This document shows, in pieces, positions 39,714 through 49,449 of a DNA stretch of 64,000 nt (position 1 is its first letter; every line of letters starts with the position of its first letter). The translations under genes were made by a program, and so were the position numbers. Where the stretch lies: contig OZ254086.1 in assembly GCA_965267575.1 (NCBI GenBank), positions 192,001 to 256,000 on the forward strand, written 5' to 3'. A model generated the notes under the pieces. The model was not told where the DNA came from. It made no database searches and was given only the letters and a program-made list of their open reading frames with translations. This DNA comes from Calditrichales bacterium (GTDB taxonomy: Bacteria > Calditrichota > Calditrichia > Calditrichales > J004).

Positions 39714-40538
39714 TCAGTTATAATTCTCTTTATCGTGCTCGCGTAAATAGCGGCTACCTTCATCAAGCAAGCGCTTTTCCTCATCCGACAAGTTCAAATA
39801 TCCCACGCGATTGATCTTGTCCAGCAATTCATCAATCACTTTACGGTAGTATTCATATTTGTCATCATCGCCGCCGCCTTTGGTGAATTTCATATTCGAC
39901 GAAGACGATTTGCTACTGCCCGTGTTCTGCAAAAATGACTTCAATTTATAATGGATTTGCCAGTATTTGAGATAGACAAAACCGACCACGGCGCCGCCAA
40001 GGTGCGCGGCATGGGCGATGTTGGAGGCCGATGAGCCGACCGTCATGAACAACGAGAGCAGCACCAGAAAACCCATCAGATACTTCACCTTAACCGGGAA
40101 AAGAAAATAAAGATATACCAGGCGATCCGGATACTTGATAGCGTAAGCTGCCATTACCCCGTAAACCGCGGCCGATGCACCGACTGTGGGCGCGCCAGAG
40201 AGGAACAGGTTAAAAACACCGCCACCAATACCGGTGATAAAATAGTATTTCAGAAAATCCTTGGTGCCCCATTCATATTCCAGCTCGGTGCCAAACATCC
40301 ACAAAATGAACATGTTGAAAAAAATGTGGGTGAAGTTACCATGCAAAAACATGTAGGTAACAATCTGCCAGATTTTGAAGTCCCCGAAAACACCCTCTGA
40401 GCTTAGCGCGAACTGTTCAAGAATAACAGAACCGATAGGCATGAAGTAGGTGATAATGAAGAGCACGCCATTGGCATAAAGCAAATTCTTGATGGCCGGT
40501 GTTAGCCTGCCGCCCATGCCTAAACGATGTTGATCCAT
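39714..40538 (-). CDS. Rhomboid intramembrane serine protease
   Basis: YMFLH, HIFFNM, GASAA, AHAAHLGG; C-terminal IDELLDKI...GY..LS.EEK..L. Confidence 0.92.
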   Translation of the reverse strand: MDQHRLGMGGRLTPAIKNLLYANGVLFIITYFMPIGSVILEQFALSSEGVFGDFKIWQIVTYMFLHGNFTHIFFNMFILWMFGTELEYEWGTKDFLKYYFITGIGGGVFNLFLSGAPTVGASAAVYGVMAAYAIKYPDRLVYLYFLFPVKVKYLMGFLVLLSLFMTVGSSASNIAHAAHLGGAVVGFVYLKYWQIHYKLKSFLQNTGSSKSSSSNMKFTKGGGDDDKYEYYRKVIDELLDKINRVGYLNLSDEEKRLLDEGSRYLREHDKENYN

Positions 40539-40613
40539 AAAAATTACCTGTTAAAACACTTTCATAAAGTAAAAGATAGAAGCATTACCTCTGTTATGAT
40601 ATTCCCGCCGCGC

Positions 40614-42044
40614 TTAGTATGCCTTGGCGAAAATCACCCTTCCGTCGGATTCTTTTCCGCAACAGATACATTTTCCTTTTTCCTGCGGCCGGTCAAAAGG
40701 GATACAACGGATTGTCGCTTTTGTTTCTTCTTTTATTTTTGTTTCACATTCGGCGCTGCCACACCAATGGCAATTGAGAAAACCACCCTCGCTGTCGACC
40801 CGTTTTTTAAACTCGTTATAATCATCGATATCATAAGTATGATCTTCACGAAATTTGCGTGCTTTTTCCAGCATATCGGTTTGCATTTGCTTTAATTCCC
40901 GCTCTACGCGATCGGCAATTCCTTCGCGGGGCACAAATTGCTTCTCTTTGGTGTCGCGCCGTGCCAGAACAAGCTGGTCTTTTTCCACGTCTTTGGGGCC
41001 GATTTCTATGCGGATCGGTATGCCTTGTATTTCCCATTCGGCAAATTTATAGCCCGGCTTGTATTGCTCACGATCGTCAAAGATGACCGTATGCTTTTCC
41101 TTAAGCTGAGCGTGGATCGAATCGGCAAATTCCAGAACGCGCTTTTTGTCTTCATCCCCGCGGTAGATAGGCACGATCACTACCTGGCGCTGGGCCAGTT
41201 TGGGAGGAATCACCAGCCCGTCGTCATCACTGTGCGTCATGATCAGCGCGCCGATCAGCCGTGTGCTTACACCCCACGATGTGGCGTAAACATATTTGCG
41301 CTCGCCATCCTGGTCCTGATACTGCACATCAAAAGCTTTGGCAAAATTCTGGCCCAGGTTATGCGATGTGCCGGCCTGGAGTGCTTTTTTATCCTGCATC
41401 ATCGCTTCAATGCAGTAAGTATGCAGCGCGCCGGCAAATTTTTCGGAATCGGATTTTTTACCGGCAATAACGGGGATGGCCAGGTAATCTTCAGCAAATT
41501 TTTTATACACATTGAGCATGCGGACGGTTTCTTCTTCGGCCTCTTCGGGCGTGGCGTGGGCCGTGTGCCCTTCCTGCCACAAGAACTCCGATGTGCGCAA
41601 AAAAAGACGCGTGCGCATTTCCCAGCGCATCACATTGGCCCACTGGTTAATCAATATAGGCAGGTCACGATAGCTCATGATCCATTTTTTGTACATGCTC
41701 CAGATGATCGTTTCTGAAGTAGGACGAATATAGAGGTTCTCCTCCAGTTTCTGCCCGCCACCATGGGTAACAACGGCACACTCCGGCGCAAAGCCTTCCA
41801 CGTGCTCAGCCTCTTTCTGCATAAAGCTTTCAGGGATCAGCAAGGGGAAATAGGCATTTACGTGCCCCGTTTCCTTAAACATGCGATCCAGGTTTTGCTG
41901 GATTTTTTCCCAGATGGCGTAGCCGTTGGGCCGGATGACCATCGAGCCTTTAACGGGTGAATAATCCGCCATCTGTGCCTGGATGACGACATCCGTGTAC
42001 CATCTGGAATAGTCTTCTGAGCGTTTGGTAATATTTTTGGCCAT
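40614..42044 (-). CDS. proS: Proline-tRNA ligase (archaeal/eukaryote-like type)
   Basis: [36 protein letters not shown]-terminal FAKAY. Confidence 0.97.
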   Translation of the reverse strand: MAKNITKRSEDYSRWYTDVVIQAQMADYSPVKGSMVIRPNGYAIWEKIQQNLDRMFKETGHVNAYFPLLIPESFMQKEAEHVEGFAPECAVVTHGGGQKLEENLYIRPTSETIIWSMYKKWIMSYRDLPILINQWANVMRWEMRTRLFLRTSEFLWQEGHTAHATPEEAEEETVRMLNVYKKFAEDYLAIPVIAGKKSDSEKFAGALHTYCIEAMMQDKKALQAGTSHNLGQNFAKAFDVQYQDQDGERKYVYATSWGVSTRLIGALIMTHSDDDGLVIPPKLAQRQVVIVPIYRGDEDKKRVLEFADSIHAQLKEKHTVIFDDREQYKPGYKFAEWEIQGIPIRIEIGPKDVEKDQLVLARRDTKEKQFVPREGIADRVERELKQMQTDMLEKARKFREDHTYDIDDYNEFKKRVDSEGGFLNCHWCGSAECETKIKEETKATIRCIPFDRPQEKGKCICCGKESDGRVIFAKAY

Positions 42045-42145
42045 TACAAAAATCCGTTTGTTTTAAAATGATTGTTTAACATGTAAGCGGTGCATTTCCG
42101 GCGGAGCGGGAAGCTCGCATGGCGTGACGCCCAAGTTTAGAGTAG

Positions 42146-42219
42146 TACGCCCGGAGGGAATCGAACCCCCAACCTTTGGAACCGGAATCCAACGCTCTAT
42201 CCAATTGAGCTACGGGCGC
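42146..42219 (-). tRNA. tRNA-Arg (CCG)
   Basis: GCGCCCGTAGCTCAATTGGATAGAGCGTTGGATTCCGGTTCCAAAGGTTGGGGGTTCGATTCCCTCCGGGCGTA; CCA not encoded. Confidence 0.95.
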
Positions 42220-42245
42220 ATTTTTTGGTTTCAATCGAACTGTGT

Positions 42246-42274
42246 AATTTATTGGCTTCCTCGTTTTATGTCAA
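42246..42274 (-). promoter_or_regulatory. Putative sigma-70 promoter of tRNA-Arg
   Basis: TTGACA-N17-TAAATT. Confidence 0.65.
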
Positions 42275-42444
42275 GCAAGATCGGGGGCTTAACAGACGGG
42301 CAAAAAGGTCTGACTTATCCATCTCTAGAAATGCGGCTAGGCGCTTTGCTGAGACGCAAAATCTTGCGTCTCTATGTTTCATATTTTACGAACAATGGTA
42401 AACAGCGGGCCACTATACAAAAAGGCCCACACACAAACCTCGCA

Positions 42445-42495
42445 ACTTCAAGACTTCAAGACTTCAAGACTTCAAGACCTCAAGACCTCAAGACC
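42445..42495. repeat. 8-bp tandem repeat AC(T/C)TCAAG x6
   Basis: Four ACTTCAAG then two ACCTCAAG, intergenic. Confidence 0.9.
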
Positions 42496-42537
42496 AAATA
42501 TGATAAAGATAATGAGAACGATAATGAAAAAGATTAT

Positions 42538-44289
42538 TTAAAAGCGATTCACAATTCCAAAGTGTATTTTGGCTTGCGAGAAGCTGTCTCCCTCACCCAG
42601 GCCAAAGTCCACGCCAAGCACGCCCAGGCCGGTATCAAGGCGCAGACCTATCCCGTAGCCGGGCTTGATTTCCTCAATGGTTTCAGTGGCCGTGGGGAAG
42701 CGCCAGGCGCCCCAATCGTTAAAGACAAAAAGCCGTGAATTGCGGCCCAGTAGAAAACGGTATTCCAGGTTTATCCAGGCGGCGATGTCCCCGCGGAACT
42801 GGTTTTCACGATAACCGCGCAGGGTACGCGCGCCGCCAAACCAGAAAAAATCGGTAAGTTGCAGACGTTCTCCACGGATGCTGTTGCCTGTAAAATGAAA
42901 CGCCAGCACCTGGTTGCGGAACAGTTCGTAATACCAGCGGAATTGCAGGCGGATGGTTTCCACCGTTTCCGATTGCCTGACGCTGTCTTCGCGGAAAAGG
43001 TAGGAGGGTCCGAAGTTTTCTTTAAAACCGCTGCTATAGGTAGTGTGGTAAAAGACGCCCGCGCGCGGATTCAACAGATAGTCGCGTGTGTCATATTCAA
43101 TGCCCACTTCGATATTGTTCTGGGCGTAACGCAGCAACCGCAAATCGCGGCTGGCGACGGAATCCGGCAAAACCACCAGGCGTGAGAATCCGGCCAGGAA
43201 GCTGAGATTTTCACTGTAACGATAGCGGCCGTTGACGGCGCTGCGCCACTCCAGGTAGGTGCTGTCGCGTAAGGTGCGCTGCAAACCAAACTGCGTGTCC
43301 AGCGGGATGCCCCCTATCCAGGGCTCAGTATATTGCAGCGAGAAAAATTCGGAGAGGCGGTCGGTTTTTTCCCAATGCACATCAAAGGCACGGGCGGTAC
43401 CAAACAGGTTTTTAAAGGAAATATCAATCAGGCCGGTAAAAAAGCCGTCACCTTTAGCCTGCGGGCCGGTTTCGGGGATATAGCCGATCACACCGTCGAA
43501 TGTGGTGGCGTTGCCCTCCTCCACCTGCAGCAGCAAAATATGCCGGCCCTGCGGGTCAAGCTGCAGCTGCGGCGCTTTGACATCCCTGAAAATATTCAAG
43601 CGCTCCAGGCGGCGCGGCACGGACTCCACACGACGCCGGTTAAAGCGCGCGCCTTCGGAAAAAGGCAGCTCACGCAGGATTACATTCTCGCGGGTGTAGC
43701 TGTTGCCGCGCACCTCGATGCGGTCAATGGTCACCTGCTCTCCTTCACGGATGCGGATGAGCACATCAGCCAGCACGCCATCATCTTCGTGCAGTTGCGC
43801 GTTACCGATAAGTGCGCTGGCAAAAACATGCCCGGAATCAGCGGCCATCTTCAGCATCTGCTCCAGATCGCTTTCCAAGCGGCCGCGGTTGAACGGATCG
43901 AATCGACGGACGCTCAAAATTCTTTCATAGTTGGACGCGGCAATGCTGTCGCTAACAACCTTTACATCGCCAAAAAGCACATGCGCACCGAGACTGCCAT
44001 ACACAAAAATATCAGCACGCTGCGCCTCGTTTGGAGTGTGGATCAGACTGTCAATGCGTACAAAAAGATAGCCCTGTTCGTAAAGCAGGTTTTGCAGCTC
44101 CCGGCGTTGCTGCTCCAGCCGGCTGCTGTCCAGAAGGGCGTTTTCGCTGATGCCCATGTCATCAAGCGCCTCAACAACAACCTCCTCCTGCAAGGGCTCG
44201 TCCAGTTGGACACGCTCAATGCTGAGCTGGGCGTAAAGACGATCGCAAAACAAAAAAAATAAAAGGGAGGTGATGAACAGAAACTTCAT
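42538..44289 (-). CDS. Omp85 (BamA/TamA-family) outer-membrane protein
   Basis: Signal peptide, POTRA-like segments, NLFGT, GG.RTLRGY.E, C-terminal Phe. Confidence 0.88.
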   Translation of the reverse strand: MKFLFITSLLFFLFCDRLYAQLSIERVQLDEPLQEEVVVEALDDMGISENALLDSSRLEQQRRELQNLLYEQGYLFVRIDSLIHTPNEAQRADIFVYGSLGAHVLFGDVKVVSDSIAASNYERILSVRRFDPFNRGRLESDLEQMLKMAADSGHVFASALIGNAQLHEDDGVLADVLIRIREGEQVTIDRIEVRGNSYTRENVILRELPFSEGARFNRRRVESVPRRLERLNIFRDVKAPQLQLDPQGRHILLLQVEEGNATTFDGVIGYIPETGPQAKGDGFFTGLIDISFKNLFGTARAFDVHWEKTDRLSEFFSLQYTEPWIGGIPLDTQFGLQRTLRDSTYLEWRSAVNGRYRYSENLSFLAGFSRLVVLPDSVASRDLRLLRYAQNNIEVGIEYDTRDYLLNPRAGVFYHTTYSSGFKENFGPSYLFREDSVRQSETVETIRLQFRWYYELFRNQVLAFHFTGNSIRGERLQLTDFFWFGGARTLRGYRENQFRGDIAAWINLEYRFLLGRNSRLFVFNDWGAWRFPTATETIEEIKPGYGIGLRLDTGLGVLGVDFGLGEGDSFSQAKIHFGIVNRF

Positions 44290-44301
44290 GATCGGGATTT
44301 T

Positions 44302-45048
44302 CTACGATCGCCGGAAGGCCGGGTAAACGGCGTCGTATTGCTCGGCGGAGATGTATTTGTATTGTTTCAGCTTGCCCAGAATCCAGCGCGATTTCCACTT
44401 GAGCCAGCGGCTGTCCCCGTTGGCGCGGATGCTGAGCGGGCGCGGGATAACTGCGGTAAGCCGGATGATTTCCTCCAGGTTCAGGTCGTCCACGTTTTTG
44501 CCAAAATAATAGAGCGACGCCGCCTGCACGCCGTAAACGCCGGGTCCGAATTCAATCACATTCAGGTAAATATGAAAAATGCGCGCCTTGGAAAGATGCT
44601 TCTCCAGCTGCATGGTTATCAGCAATTCCTTCAGCTTGCGCCATAAGGATTTTTCCGTTGACAGATAGAGGTTTTTAGCGAGTTGCTGCGTTATGGTGCT
44701 TGCCCCGCGCACAAATCCGCCTTCTTCCCAGTTGGCCTTTATCGATTCCTGAAGCTCATGCCAGTCCAGACCCTCGTGGTCAAAAAAGGACGCGTCCTCG
44801 GTGATGCGCACGGCCTTTTTCATCAGATCAGGAATGCGGTTGTAAGTGACCCAGGTCTGGCGCACGCGCAGTCTCTGGCCTTTCTCCGTGGCTTCGGCTT
44901 TGCGTTGCTCGATGAGCGATGTGGTTTGCGGGTTACTGTTTGCCAGCGGCTCCACATCCGGCAGCGTGGCATAGAGATAAAGCGCCACAAACAGGGGTAA
45001 AAGAAGCAAGGCAACCAGAATGTACTGCCATTTAAGATACTGTTTCAT
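44302..45048 (-). CDS. mtgA: Monofunctional peptidoglycan transglycosylase
   Basis: TEDASFFDHEGLD, RGASTITQQLAKNL, YLNVIEFG. Confidence 0.9.
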   Translation of the reverse strand: MKQYLKWQYILVALLLLPLFVALYLYATLPDVEPLANSNPQTTSLIEQRKAEATEKGQRLRVRQTWVTYNRIPDLMKKAVRITEDASFFDHEGLDWHELQESIKANWEEGGFVRGASTITQQLAKNLYLSTEKSLWRKLKELLITMQLEKHLSKARIFHIYLNVIEFGPGVYGVQAASLYYFGKNVDDLNLEEIIRLTAVIPRPLSIRANGDSRWLKWKSRWILGKLKQYKYISAEQYDAVYPAFRRS

Positions 45049-45055
45049 TGAAGAC

Positions 45056-45163
45056 TGAATTGGTGAATTATTGAATTAATGGATTGGTGAATTTAGGCCT
45101 TTAAGTTTCTATTGCCACTGTCCTACAACCTGAACACTTGAACACCCGGACACTTCAATACAC
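45056..45163. repeat. Two degenerate 8-bp tandem repeats
   Basis: TGAATTnn-like x5 (45056-45095) and nTGAACAC-like x4 (45130-45161). Confidence 0.7.
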
Positions 45164-45166
45164 GCA

Positions 45167-46138
45167 CTACAGATACTCCACAAATTCCGGCCAGAACGGC
45201 AGCAAGCCGAAAATACCGCCGGTATGGATAAACGCTGCATCGGGACCACGAAGCTGCCGGCGCTGAACCAGGTCTTCAAACCCCAGAAAGGCTTTGGCCG
45301 AATAGACCGGGTCGAGCACGAGGCCGCTTTGGCGGGCAATCTTTAAAATGGCCTTTTGCTGATTGCCATCCACCTGCGCGTAGCCTTTTCCCACAAAACC
45401 GTCATGCACTTTGATATCGCTTTTGTTCCATGAAATATTTTTCCCGTAGCGATCGCGAAAATCCGTCAAAATGGTGTCGATTTTATCCACGAACGTTTGC
45501 GCGTCATCGGACACATTCACGGAAACTATATCCACATCCGCGTCGAGCAGCAACTTACCGATCAGCAGCCCGGCGTGGGTGCCCCCGCTGCCACTGGCCA
45601 CAACGATCGATTTGAGCTGCGGCTTCTGGCGCATCAGCTCATCAAAGCAACGCGCGTAACCCCAGGCCCCTACGGCGTTGGAACCGCCCTCCGGAATCAC
45701 GTAGACCGTCCCGGCATAGTTGGAGGCATGGGTCAGCATCAGGTCATCCACCTGTTTGTACTGCTCCGGTGTAATAAAAATAATATCGCAACCGCTAAGA
45801 CGATCGAGAAAATAGTTGCCGTGCAGTTCATCGGGTTCCGTGCCGCGCAGAACCAGTGTGCATTTGAGGCCCAGACGCAGGGCTGCAAAAGCCGTGGCCC
45901 GGCAATGGTTGGATTGCAATCCTCCACAGGTCATTACACGGTTGGCGCCGCGGTCCAGGGCATCCTGCAGCAAAAAATCGAGCTTGCGGATTTTGTTGCC
46001 GCTTAGTTCCATGCCGGTCAGGTCATCGCGCTTTACCCACAGGTTATAGCCGTTATCCTTTTCCAGCCCAAGCGGTTCAAGCGGTGTTGGCAGATGGCTG
46101 AGCGATACGTGGGGCGGCAGGTGCATTTGCTTGTTCAT
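45167..46138 (-). CDS. D-cysteine desulfhydrase / ACC deaminase family PLP enzyme
   Basis: PTPL, KRDD, GNKIRKL, GGLQSNH, IPEGGS, LDPVYSAKA, IHTGG. Confidence 0.9.
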   Translation of the reverse strand: MNKQMHLPPHVSLSHLPTPLEPLGLEKDNGYNLWVKRDDLTGMELSGNKIRKLDFLLQDALDRGANRVMTCGGLQSNHCRATAFAALRLGLKCTLVLRGTEPDELHGNYFLDRLSGCDIIFITPEQYKQVDDLMLTHASNYAGTVYVIPEGGSNAVGAWGYARCFDELMRQKPQLKSIVVASGSGGTHAGLLIGKLLLDADVDIVSVNVSDDAQTFVDKIDTILTDFRDRYGKNISWNKSDIKVHDGFVGKGYAQVDGNQQKAILKIARQSGLVLDPVYSAKAFLGFEDLVQRRQLRGPDAAFIHTGGIFGLLPFWPEFVEYL

Positions 46139-46192
46139 GATATCTTTCACAGTGAATGTTTAATGTATATGTTAAGATAATTGTTCTGATAT

Positions 46193-48769
46193 GTGGAAAT
46201 ATATCTCTTCCGTACGATAATGCGAAACAGGTTTCAAAACCGGAAAGCAGATTTATTGAAAGAAACATACCAGCCCGAACGAGACAAAACAACCCGGGAA
46301 AAAACGCCGAATACCTCCGTCGCTCTTGAAGTACATTTCCCCAACAGCAGCGATAAGGGTTTACTGCGTCATGTTTTTGATTTTGCCAAAGGCTGCGGCC
46401 TTAGCCGGATTTACTGTGCCTTTCCGGCCCATGCCGGCGAAGATCCTCCCAACCTGCCCGATGTAAGCAAAAGCGGACAGCAAGCTTTTTTTATGCACAC
46501 GCCATTGCTGCAGGCCGCTATGCTCAAGGAAGTGCATCAGTTTCCGCAGATTTTTCAACCGTTGCTTTTTTGCCGCAAAAACTATTTTAAAAAGCACCGC
46601 TCATGGGGCCTGCCTGTTTTTCATTTTATTGATGACCAGCCGGAAATATACACCGTGGAGGCGCGCAAACGCCCGGCCCTTTTACGTTTGGATAATCCCG
46701 AGGATGTATGTGCCGTTTACATGTTCAAACGCGGTTCCGGCGCTCTGCAGTCGGACAATCTGATCCACGGGCTGGACCGGGAGAGCGGCGCGCTGGAAAT
46801 ACAGCCGCTGGACGAAACCGCGGAGATCGTGGTTATCCGTCGCTGCTACCTTTTTTACAAAAACGGGCTTTCCTACCGGCTCAACCTGCACGATGACTTT
46901 ATTCTTAAGAGGCACCGCCCCATTTTGCCCGAGGAAGGCAGCGGCTACCATGGCGCGCTGATCAATGCCGATGCGCTGTTTGGCAGCAGCAGCCTGGTTT
47001 CCGCCGGCCCCGAGATCACGCGTATTTATTCACACCTGTCGCCGCATCATTTCCGGCACGACCTGGCGTTGTTCTGGCTGCGCTTTGGCAATAAAACCGG
47101 TGTCACCAACCCGGCGCTGGTACGGATGATCAATCATTATATCAGCGGCGTTTTCTGGCCCAAGACCAAGCTCATTGCCAAAGAGGTGCGCCTGCAGGCC
47201 GATGTGCTGAACCCTTACTTTATAAACAATCTGGCCGCGCTTTACTGTGACTACCGCGTGGATGAAGACCGTTTTTTGCACGACCGCTCCTACTACCTGC
47301 GCGCCCTGGTCAACCTGAAACGGTCAGCCACATACCGGGCGTCCAAAGATGTGTTTAAGACAAGTGTCATTTGCGATTATTTTTTGTGTGACAAGTTCGG
47401 CTTTCATGAAAAAAGGGAGATTGTTTCGGCACTGGCGGCAGCGGGAGCGGGCAATTTTGTTTTTCCCCTGCATGTGCCCCCTTCATCCACGCCGACACTG
47501 ATACACGAGCTGCTGCGTGATGGAGAGCAGCAGTTGCTTTACCGTAAATGGGCCGAGACGATCCAAAAGCTGACCTCTTTCCTGAATGACGGCACAAACG
47601 GCACGGAAATCGCCATTCTCTATCCCGGGCTGGATGCCGATGATGATACCTTTTTACAGGCTTTGAATACCCTCGACGCAGCGGGCTATGACCCGGATGT
47701 GCTGGACTTTGAGTCTTTTCTGGATAAAGAGTGTCGCATAGAGGACAAGCGCCTTGTCTTTAAAGGGCGGCGATACGCCCTGCTGATACTGGCAGGCATC
47801 AAGCTGGTAACGATTGACGTGATGCGTAAGGTGGAACGTTTTCTTGCGTCCGGCGGTTGCGTGGCCGGGCTAAAAAACCTGCCGGTAAAATGCGCCGATG
47901 AAGCCAACAACAGCATTCTCAAGCGTATTCTCAAAGAGGGTTGGGTAACCACCTCGCGGCTGAACGCGACCACCTTCCGCGCCCATCCCGGGGGCGGCCT
48001 GGCCTATTTCCAATCGGACGCGCGCCAGATCATTGATATATTGGGTGAAATCGATGAGCGTTTTGTGCATTCCGTGGCACCACCGGCGAAGGGTGTTAAA
48101 ACCATCACCCGGATTGCGGGCGATACACGCTATGTTTTTCTCTTTAACAACACAACCACAACCTATGAGCGCCTTCCGGTGAGCTATCCCGTCGAAAGCC
48201 TTGTTTCCGTTTACAGCGATAACCAGCACCATTTTGAGCCGCTGTATGAAAAGGCCGTGACGCTAAAGCCGCTGCAATCGGTTTTGCTGAAGGTTGAAGA
48301 AAAACAACAGCAACTGCAGGCGCCCGGCCGGCAATGGATAAAATACCGCGATGTAGAAATTGAAAGCAGCGACTGGCACCTGGATGACGGCGAGCTGGAA
48401 TACCGTATCTCACTGGGTGACCGCAGCCGAACAACGCCTTTTAACTGGCGGCGACAGATCTATACCAAAATGGTGGTGCTGCCGGAAAAGCCCGGCGAAG
48501 ATGTGCGCATCCTGCTTAATCTGGGGGATTTACGCGACTGGTGCACGCTGTACTGGAACAATCTGCCGGTGGAAACGCGCCTTTTTGAACCGTGGCTGTT
48601 TGATATTACGGGCCGTGTATTAAAAGGCAAAAACGTTCTGGCCGTGGAAATCGGCTACAGGCTGTCCAATTATTACGCCGGGGTGAATGGTACGACGGAG
48701 CGGCTGCATCCCGTTGTGGCCTATGGCCTGCTGGGACCGGTAAAGATCGAGATGTACAGTCCGGCATAG
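46193..48769 (+). CDS. Large hypothetical protein with glycoside-hydrolase-106-like C-terminal architecture
   Basis: C-terminal LNLGDL...NN......FEPW.FDIT......N.L.VEI...GLLGPV jelly-roll pattern; start uncertain. Confidence 0.55.
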   Translation: MEIYLFRTIMRNRFQNRKADLLKETYQPERDKTTREKTPNTSVALEVHFPNSSDKGLLRHVFDFAKGCGLSRIYCAFPAHAGEDPPNLPDVSKSGQQAFFMHTPLLQAAMLKEVHQFPQIFQPLLFCRKNYFKKHRSWGLPVFHFIDDQPEIYTVEARKRPALLRLDNPEDVCAVYMFKRGSGALQSDNLIHGLDRESGALEIQPLDETAEIVVIRRCYLFYKNGLSYRLNLHDDFILKRHRPILPEEGSGYHGALINADALFGSSSLVSAGPEITRIYSHLSPHHFRHDLALFWLRFGNKTGVTNPALVRMINHYISGVFWPKTKLIAKEVRLQADVLNPYFINNLAALYCDYRVDEDRFLHDRSYYLRALVNLKRSATYRASKDVFKTSVICDYFLCDKFGFHEKREIVSALAAAGAGNFVFPLHVPPSSTPTLIHELLRDGEQQLLYRKWAETIQKLTSFLNDGTNGTEIAILYPGLDADDDTFLQALNTLDAAGYDPDVLDFESFLDKECRIEDKRLVFKGRRYALLILAGIKLVTIDVMRKVERFLASGGCVAGLKNLPVKCADEANNSILKRILKEGWVTTSRLNATTFRAHPGGGLAYFQSDARQIIDILGEIDERFVHSVAPPAKGVKTITRIAGDTRYVFLFNNTTTTYERLPVSYPVESLVSVYSDNQHHFEPLYEKAVTLKPLQSVLLKVEEKQQQLQAPGRQWIKYRDVEIESSDWHLDDGELEYRISLGDRSRTTPFNWRRQIYTKMVVLPEKPGEDVRILLNLGDLRDWCTLYWNNLPVETRLFEPWLFDITGRVLKGKNVLAVEIGYRLSNYYAGVNGTTERLHPVVAYGLLGPVKIEMYSPA

Positions 48770-48772
48770 AAC

Positions 48773-48852
48773 CCGGAAAATTCCAAAAAACAAAATTCAA
48801 ATCTCAAATAACGGCGGTTTGTTTTTTGGAGTTTGATATTTGTTTTTTCCGG
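48773..48852. repeat. Inverted array of 7-bp units between convergent genes
   Basis: CCGGAAA + four nnnCAAA-type units, spacer, four TTTGnnn units + TTTCCGG. Confidence 0.7.
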
Positions 48853-48862
48853 CTTGTCCGGC

Positions 48863-49381
48863 TCAGGGTTTGGCGCCCTCAGCGATCCATTGTTTGATGC
48901 CGTTGATCTGGTTTTGGGTAAGCGGTTCGCGGCCCATGGAAAGCGGCGGCATGCGTTCAATGCCGGCATAATTTTCGGTAACAATCTGGTAAAGCACGGA
49001 CAATTCGGGCGCCTCGCGATCCACCAGCGGGCGGACGAGGGGCAGACCGGTGATGGAAACGGTGTAATTTATAAAAGCATCGCGGTCAGTGAAGTTGATA
49101 TAGAGTTCGGAATTGTCCGGGGCGTGGCACTGCGAGCCAAAGCCGCATTTGCCGTTGAACATGGGTTGCAGGTCATCATAATAGCTTAAATTTTTATCCG
49201 GCAGAACGTATTCGCGCTGATCCGGCGCTGTACCGCTGTCGCCGCAGTAGATAAGCAGAAACAGCAAGGTGAGAATAAAAGTGCCTTTTAACAGGGTATG
49301 TTTCAAAATAAGACTCCTTAAAACTAACAAAAGCCAGTTAAAACACCGACAAAAGCTACTGTGCTTTTTGTTTAACATCAA
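48863..49381 (-). CDS. Putative lipoprotein with planctomycete-type cytochrome c-like domain
   Basis: LIYC lipobox; SY..D.QP.F...C-X5-CH; RMPP...LT..QI..IKQWI.EGA. True start probably downstream of 49381. Confidence 0.6.
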   Translation of the reverse strand: MMLNKKHSSFCRCFNWLLLVLRSLILKHTLLKGTFILTLLFLLIYCGDSGTAPDQREYVLPDKNLSYYDDLQPMFNGKCGFGSQCHAPDNSELYINFTDRDAFINYTVSITGLPLVRPLVDREAPELSVLYQIVTENYAGIERMPPLSMGREPLTQNQINGIKQWIAEGAKP

Positions 49382-49449
49382 TTTTCCGTGGTTGTTTTAA
49401 AACATAATTTTAGTTAAAGTTGAAATTTACAAGTGTCCGGCATAGGGAT

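Noticed and set aside
25766-42219. tRNA genes as integration sites
   Set aside because: No duplicated tRNA 3' ends or adjacent integrase were found in the window.
42124-42738. 204-aa plus-strand ORF
   Set aside because: It crosses tRNA-Arg, its promoter, the tandem repeat and the Omp85 gene end; spurious.
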